Assembly: GCF_006345805.1 (NCBI RefSeq)
Contig: NC_043009.1
Coordinates: 33,356,001 to 33,420,000 of the forward strand
From: Octopus sinensis
Lineage: Eukaryota
DNA: 64,000 nucleotides
Direction: 5' to 3'
Shown piece after piece: positions 52,255 through 64,000 of the stretch; within the stretch, counting starts at the first letter, position 1; each line of letters begins with the position of its first letter. Position numbers and translations under genes: made by a program. The notes under the pieces are model-generated. The model made no database searches, had not been told where the DNA came from, and was given only the letters and a program-made list of their open reading frames with translations.

Positions 52255-53611
52255 CTTGTTTATACACACAAACATACACACACACACATATATATAAATA
52301 CACACGGAAACAGATGCACATACGCATATAAGCACACGTATATATACACACACACAGACACATATATATGCATAATAGTATATTTATATATACACATATA
52401 TGTGTGTGTGTATATATACATATAAATATATGTGTATGTATGTATAATGTCCCAGAGAATGTACCACTTAAGCTCTATCGATCGTAATATTTCTTGATCT
52501 ATAAAAACTAAATTTTCATAAGAGTTACATTTTTATTTTCTAAATACCACAAATTAAATAATATTATCCAACATCAAAAAAACAACATTATCAGTAAAAA
52601 CAATTTCATTTTCGTTCTTGCCATTGTTTGTTTTTTTGTTTTGTTTTTGGGCGCTTTTTGTGGGTTTTTTTCGTTTTCACAGTTATTCTATTGTTTATTT
52701 TTATTTTTTACCTCCAATTTTTATTTTTTATTTTCTTTCCTATATTTTCGGTGAGAATAGAATTTTATATTCAGAAATTTTTCTGCATGACTATCCATAT
52801 TTCTGCTGATACCCAGGAGACATATAATGAATCGAGCTAAGATTAAAAAAACAAAAATTATGTAAAAACAGTAAATTAAGAATCAAAATTCGAAAATGAA
52901 AAAAAAAAGTAAACAAAGGCCAATACTTTTTTTTCAGTATTTCATTTTAATCATAATTTTTTTTTCATCAAATACACTCTAATTTATTTATTTGATAATA
53001 GTAAGAAGAAAAGAACGACAACAACCATAAAGGTTATAAAAATGAAGATAATGACGATGATGATGATGGGAATGATAATAATACAATTATGATAATGATG
53101 ATGGCAGTAACAACGACAATAATAATAATAATAAAATAATAATAATAATAATAATAATCTGGTAATGAATTCTTGCCGTAACCTCTAATTAAACAATGGT
53201 ATTATTTGGACAATTTATAGCTTCCTGCCAGACTCAGTCAAAAGGTAATCATTTTTTCTCCCCTCTTTTTATTTTTGTTTTTATTTTTTCATTTTATTAT
53301 TATTATTATTATTATTTGGCAACCAAATTCCAATTAAAATCCAACCTTTCTAATGAGATTAATTCTTTGGTCTTCGTGGCCTTTTTTTTATTTATTTGTA
53401 TATTTATTTGTTTATCTTTTGTTTTGTTTTTATTTATTCTTCGATTTCATCTTATTTTCTTAAATTTCCTTTCCTGGTATCGACTTTGTGGAACCATCTT
53501 CGAGTCAATTCTTCTACCTATTGTCTACCAAAAACCTAGTGCCATGTCTTTCACTGACCATCTTCAATCAACCGCACGAAACACTTTCATACCACCCTCT
53601 TTAGATAAGTG

Positions 53612-53631
<20 letters not shown>

Positions 53632-53695
<64 letters not shown>

Positions 53696-53698
53696 AGA

Positions 53699-53748
<50 letters not shown>
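53632..53748. repeat. (TAG)n-(TTG)n-(TAG)n microsatellite
   Basis: Direct reading. Confidence 0.95.
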
Positions 53749-54044
53749 TAATTATGAATAGTATAGATGTGGTGATGGCTGTTTAGCTGTTTAGCCATTA
53801 GTCAGCGCTTTCACCATGTTGATCTACATTCAAGGGCTTTCCAACCATAACCATCCTGAAGTACGATTTGATTTGTGGAAGATTTAGCATTTATTTTTCA
53901 CATATTTACCCAGAGACAGTGTTCACCATCTTTTGATATTAAAATTTTACACGGATACTGCCATCATCAAGGAAAAGTGAATATTTTGCGGCGATCTTCG
54001 GTAATGAGATTATAAATTTTATTGTGTGAGAGAGACTAACAATT

Positions 54045-54445
54045 ATTATACTCTTCTACTCTTCTACTTGTTTCAGTCATTTGACTGCGGCCATGCTGGA
54101 GCACCACCTTTAGTCGAGCAAATCGACCCCGGGAATTATTCTTTGTAAGCCCAGTGCTTATTCTATCGGTCTCTTTTGCCGAACCGCTAAGTGACGGGGA
54201 CGTAAACACACCAGCATCGGTGGTCAAGCAATGCTAGGGGGGCCAAACACAAACACACAAACACGCACATACATATATATATACATATATACGACAGGCT
54301 TCTTTCAGTTTCCGTCTACCAAATCCACTCACAAGGCATTGGTCGGCCCGGGACTATAGTAGAAGACACTTGCCCAAGGTGCCATGCAGTGGGACTGAAC
54401 CCGGAACCATGTGGTTGGTTAGCAAGCTACTTACCACACAGCCAA
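54045..54445 (-). mobile_element. Group B SINE, full length
   Basis: Antisense match to 11551-11908. Confidence 0.93.
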
Positions 54446-54466
54446 GTTTCTTTTATTTTATTTTTG

Positions 54467-54780
54467 TGAAGGCGCGTGGCTTAGTGGTTAGGGAATTTGG
54501 ATCACGATCGTAAGGTCGTGAGTTCAATTCCCGGTGACGTGTTGTGTCCTTGAGCAAGACATTATTTTCACGTTGCTCCAGCAAGCAAAAATAAGTAGTA
54601 CCTGTATTTCAAAGGGCCAGCCTGGTCACACTCTGTGTCACGCTGAATCTCCCTGAGAACTACGTTAAGGGTACACGTGTCTGAGGAGTGCTTAGCCACT
54701 TGCACGTTAATTTCGCGAGCAAGCTATTCTGTTGATCGTATCAGCTGGGACCCTCGTCGTCGTAACCGACGGAGTGCTCC
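54467..54780 (+). mobile_element. Group C SINE (head 2 + CORE-like + tail X)
   Basis: TGAAGGCGCGTGGCTTAGTGGTTAGGG..GAGTTCAATTCCC..GTGTCCTTGAGCAAGAC..CGTCGTCGTAACCGACGG. Confidence 0.92.
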
Positions 54781-54924
54781 TATTGTTTTGTACTTATTTA
54801 AAGTGAAAATAAGCTTAAAAAATTATCCTTAAAGACAAGATAAATTTTGGGAGATTTTGTTTCCTCGATTGACACACACATTTACGTAACTCATTACCGC
54901 CGTCTAAAAGTAAGAAAACACTGG

Positions 54925-55080
54925 CTCTCCGTCGATTGCGACGATGAATGTTCAAGTTGATCCGATCAAGGGAACTGCCTGCTTGTGAAATTAACGTCCA
55001 AGGGATCGAGCAATCCAAACACGCGTGTCCTTAACCTGGGTTCCAGGGACATTCAGCGTAATGTGATAAGGCTGGTCCCA
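54925..55080 (-). mobile_element. Diverged tail X fragment (group C), antisense
   Basis: CCGTCGATTGCGACGATG..GTGAAATTAACG..CACGCGTGTCCTTAAC..ATTCAGCG. Confidence 0.8.
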
Positions 55081-55189
55081 GAGTGTTTTGGCTGTTGGTT
55101 ATGACACCATGGGTCGGTGCAGTTTTCTCTGCTATATGCAGCAGAAGTACGATATATTTTCCGAGGGCTCAGTTATATATATATATTAT

Positions 55190-55505
55190 CTTATTCTTTA
55201 CGTGTTTCAGTCATTTGTGTGCGGCCATACTGAAGGACAGTCTTATTTTTTAAGCCTAGTACTTATTCTATCGGTCTCTTTTGCCAAACTGCCTAGCTAT
55301 GTGTTGTCACCGGTTGTCAAGCAGTGATGGGGGACAAATGCAGATACAAAGACACACACACATATATCCATATATAAATATATACGACGGGCTTCTTTCA
55401 GTTTCTGTCTATGAAATCCACTCACAAGGCCTTGCCTTGTGAGTGGAGTTCAATGGGACGGAACCCGGAACCATGTGGTTGGGAAGCAAGATTTTTACCA
55501 CATTA
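55190..55505 (-). mobile_element. Group B SINE with deletions
   Basis: GCGGCCATACTG..GTACTTATTCTATCGGTCTC..GGAACCATGTGGTTG. Confidence 0.85.
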
Positions 55506-55844
55506 AAGACACTGTGAAAATATATAAAATATTGAAGAAATTTGCATATGCCAGAGAGACATTCTCAATATGTCGTTGTAGTTCTTTTTTAATAATTTGT
55601 TTCCTTGCGTCCGCAGAATGTTGACCAAATAAATGGTAGGGCAACGACGGAAGCTTCTTTATTGAACTCTTCACATAACTGAGTCAAAGAGACAGGCAGA
55701 CAAACAAAGAGACAGACAGGCAGACAGACAGGCAGACATACAGACTGGCAGACAAACTGACAAATAGACAGTGAGACATAGAGAGGAAGAAAGAAAGAAA
55801 TTTTTTTCACGTAAGTACAGCTCTGACAGGATATATATTTTTTT

Positions 55845-55940
55845 TTTCTTTTTCTTGTTTCAGTCATTTGACTGAGGCCATGCTGGAGCACCGCCTTAAA
55901 ATGTTTTAAATCGAAGAAATCGACCCCAGAACTTATTCTG
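55845..55940 (-). mobile_element. Group B SINE 3' fragment
   Basis: TTGTTTCAGTCATTTGACTG.GGCCATGCTGGAGCACCGCC. Confidence 0.8.
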
Positions 55941-55942
55941 AA

Positions 55943-56012
<70 letters not shown>

Positions 56013-56047
56013 CATACGTATATATATATATATATATATAGATATAT

Positions 56048-56098
<51 letters not shown>

Positions 56099-56199
56099 TA
56101 TATTATATAATATATATATACCTTCTCGGCTGGTAATCCGTTACAGCACTTATCTAGTGTACCTAATCGTTTAGATCACGCCCATCCCCATACTGTATG

Positions 56200-56249
<50 letters not shown>

Positions 56250-57834
56250 TATGTATGTATGCATGTATGTGTATATGTATTTATATAAAGTTAAATTTTC
56301 TTATGAAGTATGCTTTTAAGTATACTTCACAATATATGGACTGTATTAAGAAGTGCTCATTGCGAGACAAATCGAAGGATAAGAGAAATTATAGAAGGAA
56401 CACATCCAGGGAATCAATACAAATTCCAAAGCATAATTTGATGATGACGACGAATTGTTATAAAAATAACCGCAAATATGATGATGACAAGTGTGTGTGT
56501 GGGGGGGGGTGCGCGCGTGCGTGTGGGTTTGTGCGTTCTATGTACAAGTTAACTAGGACGACACTATCCTATTTTGTTACAGCGATATAGGTTCGATTTG
56601 ATAGGGATTTGGCTGCTATTTCCAGAAGATCTAAAAACTACATAAACGCTTCTTCGGGTATTTGATCATATTTCGATGTGTGTATGTGTGTGCGAGTGTG
56701 TGCGTTTAAGTGTACATACATTCGGACACATATACATATACACACACACGCATACCCACACGCACACAGATATACAAATACACACTCGCATATGCATACA
56801 TATACACACATATGCGCGCACACATGCAAACACACGCATACACAGCACATGCACACTTACATACACACTCACAAACATACACATGCATACATACATATAT
56901 ACATACATACATGTATGTGTCTGTCCGTGTGTGTGTGGGTATGTGTATGTGTTTAATTATTGTTTTTCCGAACTTAATAAACGTCTCAAGAAACTTCCGG
57001 AATCTTTTGTTTGACTTCCACAAAAAGATAAATGAAATACAAAATAAAATGGGAAAAAAATCTAAGAAATGAAACCAATTTCTGCAAATTGTTCCAGGAG
57101 TCACTGAATAAATAGCAATTCTATAGAAATGTTCATTGTTCTACCATCAATAACTGACGCAACTTAAAGAACTTATTATGGAAGCGAAAACAAATGATGA
57201 AGCGCCATCTTCATCAAAACATATCACTGAATTCATACAATGGAATCAAATGAAGAATTTGTCAGAAATCATAACAGACATTGTTGAATTCGAATTACAC
57301 ACACATACACACACAAATACACTGAGAAAGACAGAAAGAGAGAGAAGGGTAGAAAGCGGTATTAACATGACATGAAGAGAAAACGTATAATGAAAGTTCT
57401 GTGGGGAAGTGAACAAAAAAGGATAAAATTAACATATATATATAATAAATACATATATATATATATATACATATTTCTATATAGATATGTGCGTGTATGT
57501 GTGTATGTGTGTGTGTGCACGTAAGTACGTATGTGTGTGTGTATATATATATATGTATATGTATATCTTTAGCCACGTTGCATCTTATTTGTCCCGTTAG
57601 TTTCTTTAAACTAACATTATACAAAAAAATCCCTTGACCCCAACAAAAGATCCTCCAGAGGAGGTTTTACTTATAAATGTGTTGAGTAACATACTGAATT
57701 GTAGAAAACTCATTCACGTCATTATTTTTCTCCTTACAGAAATTACATTGACCTTTCTGTTTACCTTGACCTGGAAACTCAAACTTTAGATTATTGATTA
57801 AACATGTGACAACTACGTGCCCAGTTTAACTTAC

Positions 57835-57901
57835 CCACCTGGTCCTATTGTACTGTTTGTAGAGTCTCCTGTCATACATTCGTTTGTGCCAGGTGTCTGG
57901 T
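57835..57901 (-). CDS. Candidate isolated 67-nt exon, product unknown
   Basis: tttttctcag|..GGTGG|gtaagt; two open frames (PDTWHKRMYDRRLYKQYNRTRW or QTPGTNECMTGDSTNSTIGPG). Confidence 0.2.
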
Positions 57902-58035
57902 CTGAGAAAAATCTCCCCATTTCTTCCCAACAGTCACTGAAACTCTAATTAAATTCATGGGCCCTACTCTTCTAAGTTTAACTCATTAAAATCATTTGAG
58001 TCACACAATCTGGCAGGATGAGGTGTAGGTTTTAA

Positions 58036-58097
<62 letters not shown>

Positions 58098-59258
58098 CCA
58101 TGTATACACTTGTAATATACATAATAGGTATAATGTATGTATATATTATATATATATAATATATAATATATATATTATATATATATATGTATATATATAC
58201 ATGTGTATGTATGTATGTATATAAATATATATATTAGTTTGCATGTGCGCTCGTGTGTATATACATACATACAGATGTGTGCATGTATGTGTATGCATAT
58301 ATAAATAAATGCATACATACATACACACGCACACATATACACACACACACATTACATACACACACTTAGATATAAACACACACGTGTGTCAGCAGTGTGC
58401 GCACACAGACACAGGCGCGTACAAACACGCGCACACACAAACTCCCTCTCACACACACACACACAGAAACACGCACAAGGTTTGGCAGCAGAAAAGGAAA
58501 TTAGTTTTTCAATGATAAAACACAAGTTAATGGCTATGTCAGCAATTGCTTTAAAGAATATCAATTCAGATCAGAAACAAAAGTATCTTTTTAGCACGTT
58601 TTCTGTATATTTTTTTAATAAATAATATATCAGAAAAAAAATAATAAAATACGAAATAGGTGTTATCTTTAAGAAATAGGACTTATCAGTTAAGAACATG
58701 AACTAGAGGTTATCAATAAGTAATGGCAGTTACAAAAAGTGTTCCGAAGGACAATATCATAAAGAGAAACAGCGATTAAAGAAAAAGAACACAGAAGACA
58801 CGATATTTTGGGGAATTATTTTTCGAGTTTGGTATTGGAACTGACCTAAGACGAATCTTTGCCATTGACGGTTATTTCAAATTTTCAACTGAGTTGAAAT
58901 TTTCAACCTTTGGTTGATTCAAAACCTGGTTTCTCAGACAGGTAGAGTTTGCCTATATAACTTAATGGAAACCTGCAGACGTCCTATCAACGATATTGCA
59001 GATTGTACTGAGACAGCTATGCTATTGCTCTCTAAGCTTAGCTTTCAAATGAAATTCTACAAACAACCTAAAAGTATGCCGATGCTAGTTGTACCGTACT
59101 TTAAAGATACTGAAAGAGAGACCTGTGTTGTTCCTTTAACTACTATCTGGAGAAATAAGTGTAGTTGTGTTTAAAACTGCCTTGAAGGACAAAATGCCCT
59201 TAGATTTTGGTTGAATAGTTATTGGCAAATCTACTCCAGCACAAGATTACTTGGCAAG

Positions 59259-59301
<43 letters not shown>

Positions 59302-59303
59302 AT

Positions 59304-59587
59304 ATGGCCTAGTGGTTAGGGTAGCGGACTCGCGGTCGTAGGATCGCGGTTTCGATTCCCAGAACGGGTGTTGTGAGTGTTTATTGAGCGAAAACACCTA
59401 AAAGCTCCACGAAGCTCCGGCAGGGGGTGGTGATCCCTGCTGTACTCTTTCACCACTCTTTCTTCTGTTGGCCTGCTCGTTTAGCCAGCGGGGTGGCGTC
59501 ATTCGAAGGCTAAAACAATGCGAACGCATTGTGACCAGCGATGTGTAGCAACATCTGATGGTCTGGTCGGTCACGTGATTACGTGAT
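59304..59587 (+). mobile_element. Group C SINE (head 1 + body 1 + tail Y)
   Basis: Head and body match the antisense of 8260-8425, but the tail differs (..TGTGACCAGCGATGTGTAGC..GGTCACGTGAT). Confidence 0.9.
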
Positions 59588-60745
59588 ATACATTTATATA
59601 CACATTTTCATCAGAAACATAGTTCAATTCCCCAAAAAAGGATATATAGAATACGTCTTTATTTTTTATGTAAGTGCCTAGTTTTAAATCGTGGTACAAA
59701 ATATTTTTCCTTCATAGATTTAGATTTCCTTGTGTATAAGTCGCATTCAAGTTTTTTTTAGTTAAAATCAAGTACAAAACAGCACGACTAACTTTTACAC
59801 GAGCAAACACAGTATTATATATTTCCGCTGAGAATTTCAGCTTTTTTTTTTTTTAGTGGAGATGGGCGTATTGAATCCTTGTCTAAACTTTTCCATGAAA
59901 AAATATTATCACTGTAGCTAGGAAATATTTATTCCTTCAAGTAATATGTAGGTATAGGTGTGTGTGTGTATATATATATGTGTGTATCTATGTATGTATA
60001 TGTATATATGTATATATATGCATATGTGTGTATATATATATATATATTATACATATATTATGTATATATATATAGTATATATAATATATATAAAATATAT
60101 ATATATATTATATATATATTTATGTGTTTAGTTTTCGTCTCACTCTTCTTGATACTTTCTGTTCAAACATTGATATATATATATGTATGTATGTATACAT
60201 ATATGTGAGTGTGTGAGTATATGTATACATATATATATATATATATATATATATTGTGTGTTTGTGTGTAAATATAGTAAATATATGTATGGCAATGATT
60301 AACAGTGAGTTTAGTGTTGAGCATGTTTTCGTCACGAATGATGCCATTATGCATCAGAAGCAATGAAATGAAGGGAATCAGTTTAGGTCTGGCGACTTCG
60401 GCTGGCTAAATTGGCGGCAACTGATATTACATGCTAATGAGGCTAGTGTTTATTTGCTGTGGTACAATTTCACTCCAATGGGATCTTTAAATGATGCATG
60501 GGATACATGCTGCGTGATTAAATGGACTTTGTAATGCTATATCATCGCCGTGGACACTCACAGCATTTCATTGAATCTCAGATAAGAGATTTGCCTTCAT
60601 TAATTTATATGTGTATATATATATGTGGGTGGGTGTGTGTGTGTGTGTGTGTATGTGTGTAGAAATAGTTTATATCACTATATATTACATATAATTCTAA
60701 ACTTGGTTGCAGTTGAGATACATATAAGTATGTATATATGTCTAC

Positions 60746-60784
<39 letters not shown>

Positions 60785-60886
60785 CTGTGTGTGTGTGAAT
60801 GTGTTTGTGTTTGTGTGTGTGTGGTGTCAATATATTGCATACTTAAATACTTTTAAACTCTAAAAGATAGGTGTAATATATATGTA

Positions 60887-60921
<35 letters not shown>

Positions 60922-61608
60922 ATATATATATATATATATTTAACTAATATATATATGTGTATGTATATGAATATATGTGTGTGTGTGTGTGTGTATGGAT
61001 ATATATATATGCTCATTATAAATGTATATGTGTATGTGTGCGTCTGTGCGCGCATACACAGAGACATGTACACATTCATACATACATACATGCACTTACA
61101 CGCACATGTATGTTTATATAATATATATGTATGTATGTATGTATATTATGCGTTAATATAACTAAATACGTGTAGAAGCATGTATTTGTATTTGAGTACC
61201 AGTGTGTATGCGAGAGCATGCGTGTGCGTGTGTGCGTGTGTACGTGTGTGTATGTGTGCGTGTGTGTGTGTGTGTGTGAGTGTGTGTCAGTCGCTGTCAA
61301 AAACAACTAGAACTATCTTAATAGACATTTTTATTGAGAAATGCAGCATCGGGTGCTCATTACTTCTGCTGCTGCTGCTTAAAGCCTTCCCTGGACAAGA
61401 CACCAATCCGTCCCAGGGTGAACTGGTGGTGTTGGCGGTGGTGATCGTCGTCGTAGCGGCGGTGGTGATAGCTGCTGTAGTAGTACTGGTAGTGGTGGTA
61501 CTCATTTTCCGCTGTATGGAGAGAGTATCGTAAAATGAAATGCATTGATGTAGAACAAAACGCGTAATCTAACGACTAGCTAATATATACACACATTAAT
61601 GTTTGTAT

Positions 61609-61674
<66 letters not shown>

Positions 61675-61729
61675 CATACTATAGCATAGTATATTATGAT
61701 TAATATATCATATTCATGAATGTAAACTG

Positions 61730-61763
<34 letters not shown>

Positions 61764-61792
61764 CATGTATGTACGTATGTATGCATGCATGT

Positions 61793-61847
<55 letters not shown>

Positions 61848-62335
61848 GCTATACACGTTTGTATGTGTGTCTGTATCATACATGTATGTATGTATGTATG
61901 TATGTATGTATGTATGTACACACATACATTTATATATAGGTGAGAATGTAATTAGTTCCCATCGAGACATAATCATGTCGTTATAATGTAATAAATGTTG
62001 CTGCTTCAGAAAATAAAAACACAATTTTTTCGTTGATAGTTCAGAAAAAGTAGGTAATTTCTATAATCTTTTGTTTATCGAACTAGAAATATTGTTAGGT
62101 TCTGCAAATTATTGCAGACTTCCAACATGTTCTTACTTTCAAAATAATGTCCAATATATAGGAAAAAAATCACATATTCTTTTGCCAATCTGATTCACTT
62201 ATCAATTTTTCGTTTATTATCTTTGGATACTATTTATGAAGTATTACGTTCTGTATATCCACCATATTTGTAAAAAGAAAAAAATGGCTGTGTTCAGCAG
62301 ATGTCTCCGTATATTTCTTTAAACTATGAACTTAC

Positions 62336-62564
62336 ATCTAGAAATTCTCCCAGATTCACATTGGCCTTGGTTAGGTGTATCGTTTATAGAAAACTTGACT
62401 TTTCCCACGTATCCACAGTGTGCCATCTCTCTGCCACTGAAACTATCTAAGAGATAATAAGGACTGGTACAGCCTGACAGTGGGGTCTTCAGAAACTTTG
62501 CTGTCCAAACCAAAGAATTTTGGCATGAGACATCTGGTTCTAACAGTTCTACCAAACCACTAGC
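62336..62564 (-). CDS. Candidate isolated exon, product unknown
   Basis: ccttccag|..229 nt with one open frame..AGAT|gtaagt; alternative acceptor tctcttag at 62446 gives a symmetric 111-nt exon. The upstream part resembles a decayed SINE head. Confidence 0.2.
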
Positions 62565-62687
62565 CTGGAAGGGTACTTTATATCCTTAAATATCGACTTC
62601 AAAACAAGAGAAAGTCAAATACCATTTTTTTTTCTATCCGACGTTCTGGTAAGTCTTCTAATTCACTTGTGCCCAAGTAACGTAGTA

Positions 62688-62870
62688 TGTATGTTAGCAC
62701 ACTGGACAAAATGCTCAGCAGCATTTCGTCCGTATTTATGTCCTGTGTTCAAGTTCCCCCGAAGTTAACTTTACCCGTTACTCTTTCGAGGTACCTGTGG
62801 AGCACTGGGGTCAATGTAATCGACTTGGCCCCCCTTAAAATTTCTGGCCTTGATCCAAGATTTGAAACTA
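62688..62870 (+). mobile_element. Diverged group A SINE
   Basis: GTTAGCAC.CTGGACAAAATGC..CACTGGGGTCAATGTAATCGACT. Confidence 0.75.
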
Positions 62871-62878
62871 ATACATAC

Positions 62879-62907
<29 letters not shown>

Positions 62908-62909
<2 letters not shown>

Positions 62910-63123
62910 AAGTTAATCCAAACAAGAAAGCACAAAAAAACACAACAACGCGAGGACGTGGAACAAATATAGTACTATTGGACGCTCAGGAAAGAAGGAA
63001 AGAAGGAGGGTTTAACGCTTCGAGCGGAGCTCTTCGTCGGAAACATAGGAGAAGGAAAGATCCAGAGAAGGGAAGACAGAGGAAAAAAATCGCCAACGGT
63101 ACACACGAGGTCGCATTTTGAAA
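62908..63123 (-). mobile_element. Family H1 second copy (hammerhead-like motif at 63010-63044, GAAA changed to GAAG)
   Basis: Reverse complement of 7341-7556 with the same ends, flanked by (TA)n. Confidence 0.85.
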
Positions 63124-63202
63124 GATATATATATATATGACAACAAAAGAATGAATGAGACCCGATATTATGTAAAATAGAGGAATTTATCTATGAATAT
63201 AG

Positions 63203-63359
63203 TATGTGACAATTAGTTAGTTGTCATAAAAAAACTTGGAGTTTCGGATGCCAGGGCTGAAGTCTGCTCCAGCATCTTATCATAAGATGCGCGAGCAGAT
63301 TTCAGCCCCGGTATCCGAAACTCTGAGTTTTATTATGATAACCAACTAATTGTCACATA
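63203..63359. repeat. Fold-back palindrome centred at 63281
   Basis: TATGTGACAATTAGTT..GCATCTTAT-C-ATAAGATGC..AACTAATTGTCACATA. Confidence 0.92.
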
Positions 63360-63710
63360 TTTTATATATATATATATATATAGGGTTAAACAACAAGTTG
63401 CTTAGCCACATACCGAAAATTTAGAAATAGCAGTCAAAGATCGCTTATTCCTATTTTCTACAAATATAGCTCTACATATAACATTTACTTGCAATTCACA
63501 TATGCAAAAAGAAGGGAAAATAACAAAATCAAACAGTCTTCGGTTTGTTGTGGACGCGTTTCTGGGTTAGAATTATAAAGAACTCATTCCTGTCTTCAGC
63601 ACAACAGTCTATTAAGTTATAGATTTGCAAATGCTATTTACCTACCTTTTGCATCTCGATCCCGCTGGAGAGAGAGAAAGAGAAAGACAGAAAGAGTTTA
63701 AAACTAGATA

Positions 63711-64000
63711 TTTATTTCTTTATTGCCCACAGGGGGCTAAACATAGAGGGCACAAATAAGGACAGACAAAGGGATTAAGTCGATTACATCGACCCCAGTG
63801 CGTAACTGGTACTATTTAAACGACCCCGAAAGGATGTTAGGCAAAGTCGACCTTGGCGGAATTTGAACTCAGAACGTAACAGCAGACGAAATACCTGTTT
63901 CACTATTACCTACCCACAAGGGGCTAAACATAGAGGGGTCAAACAATTACAGACAAACGGATTAAGTCGATTACATCGACCCCAGTGCGTAATTGGTACT
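63711..64000 (-). mobile_element. Two tandem group A SINE copies (63711-63896 and 63897 to window end)
   Basis: Repeated CCCACA.GGGGCTAAACATAGAGGG..GATTAAGTCGATTACATCGACCCCAGTGCG. Confidence 0.92.

Noticed and set aside
54467-54540. tRNA genes at SINE heads (also 8370-8434 and 59304-59380)
   Set aside because: No complete cloverleaf or acceptor stem; each continues directly into a SINE body.

Overview
This is AT-rich, microsatellite-saturated eukaryotic DNA. The tRNA-derived SINE families, RTE LINEs and Tc1/mariner remnants point to an octopus (coleoid cephalopod) genome; this is an inference. It reads as intergenic or long-intron sequence. No host protein-coding gene can be supported, and nearly all listed ORFs are translations of simple repeats. 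The window holds many copies of three SINE groups, two RTE-clade LINE 3' fragments, a probable CR1/L2-like LINE end, Tc1/mariner remnants (one split by an RTE), a piggyBac-like non-autonomous element, a Helitron/Helentron-like tandem and a degraded Penelope-like GIY-YIG remnant. The most notable signal is a set of short (100-215 bp) elements inserted in (TA)n tracts, each carrying a minimal type I hammerhead-ribozyme-like fold (7420-7454, 48264-48307, 48815-48876, 63010-63044). This resembles Penelope pseudo-LTR or retrozyme-type RNAs. Also notable are five unrelated long fold-back palindromes, a ~1.9 kb inverted duplication with a 46-bp invariant block, head/body/tail swapping among SINEs, and several unique islands between microsatellites that may be conserved non-coding elements. 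All assignments were made by eye; no database search was run.
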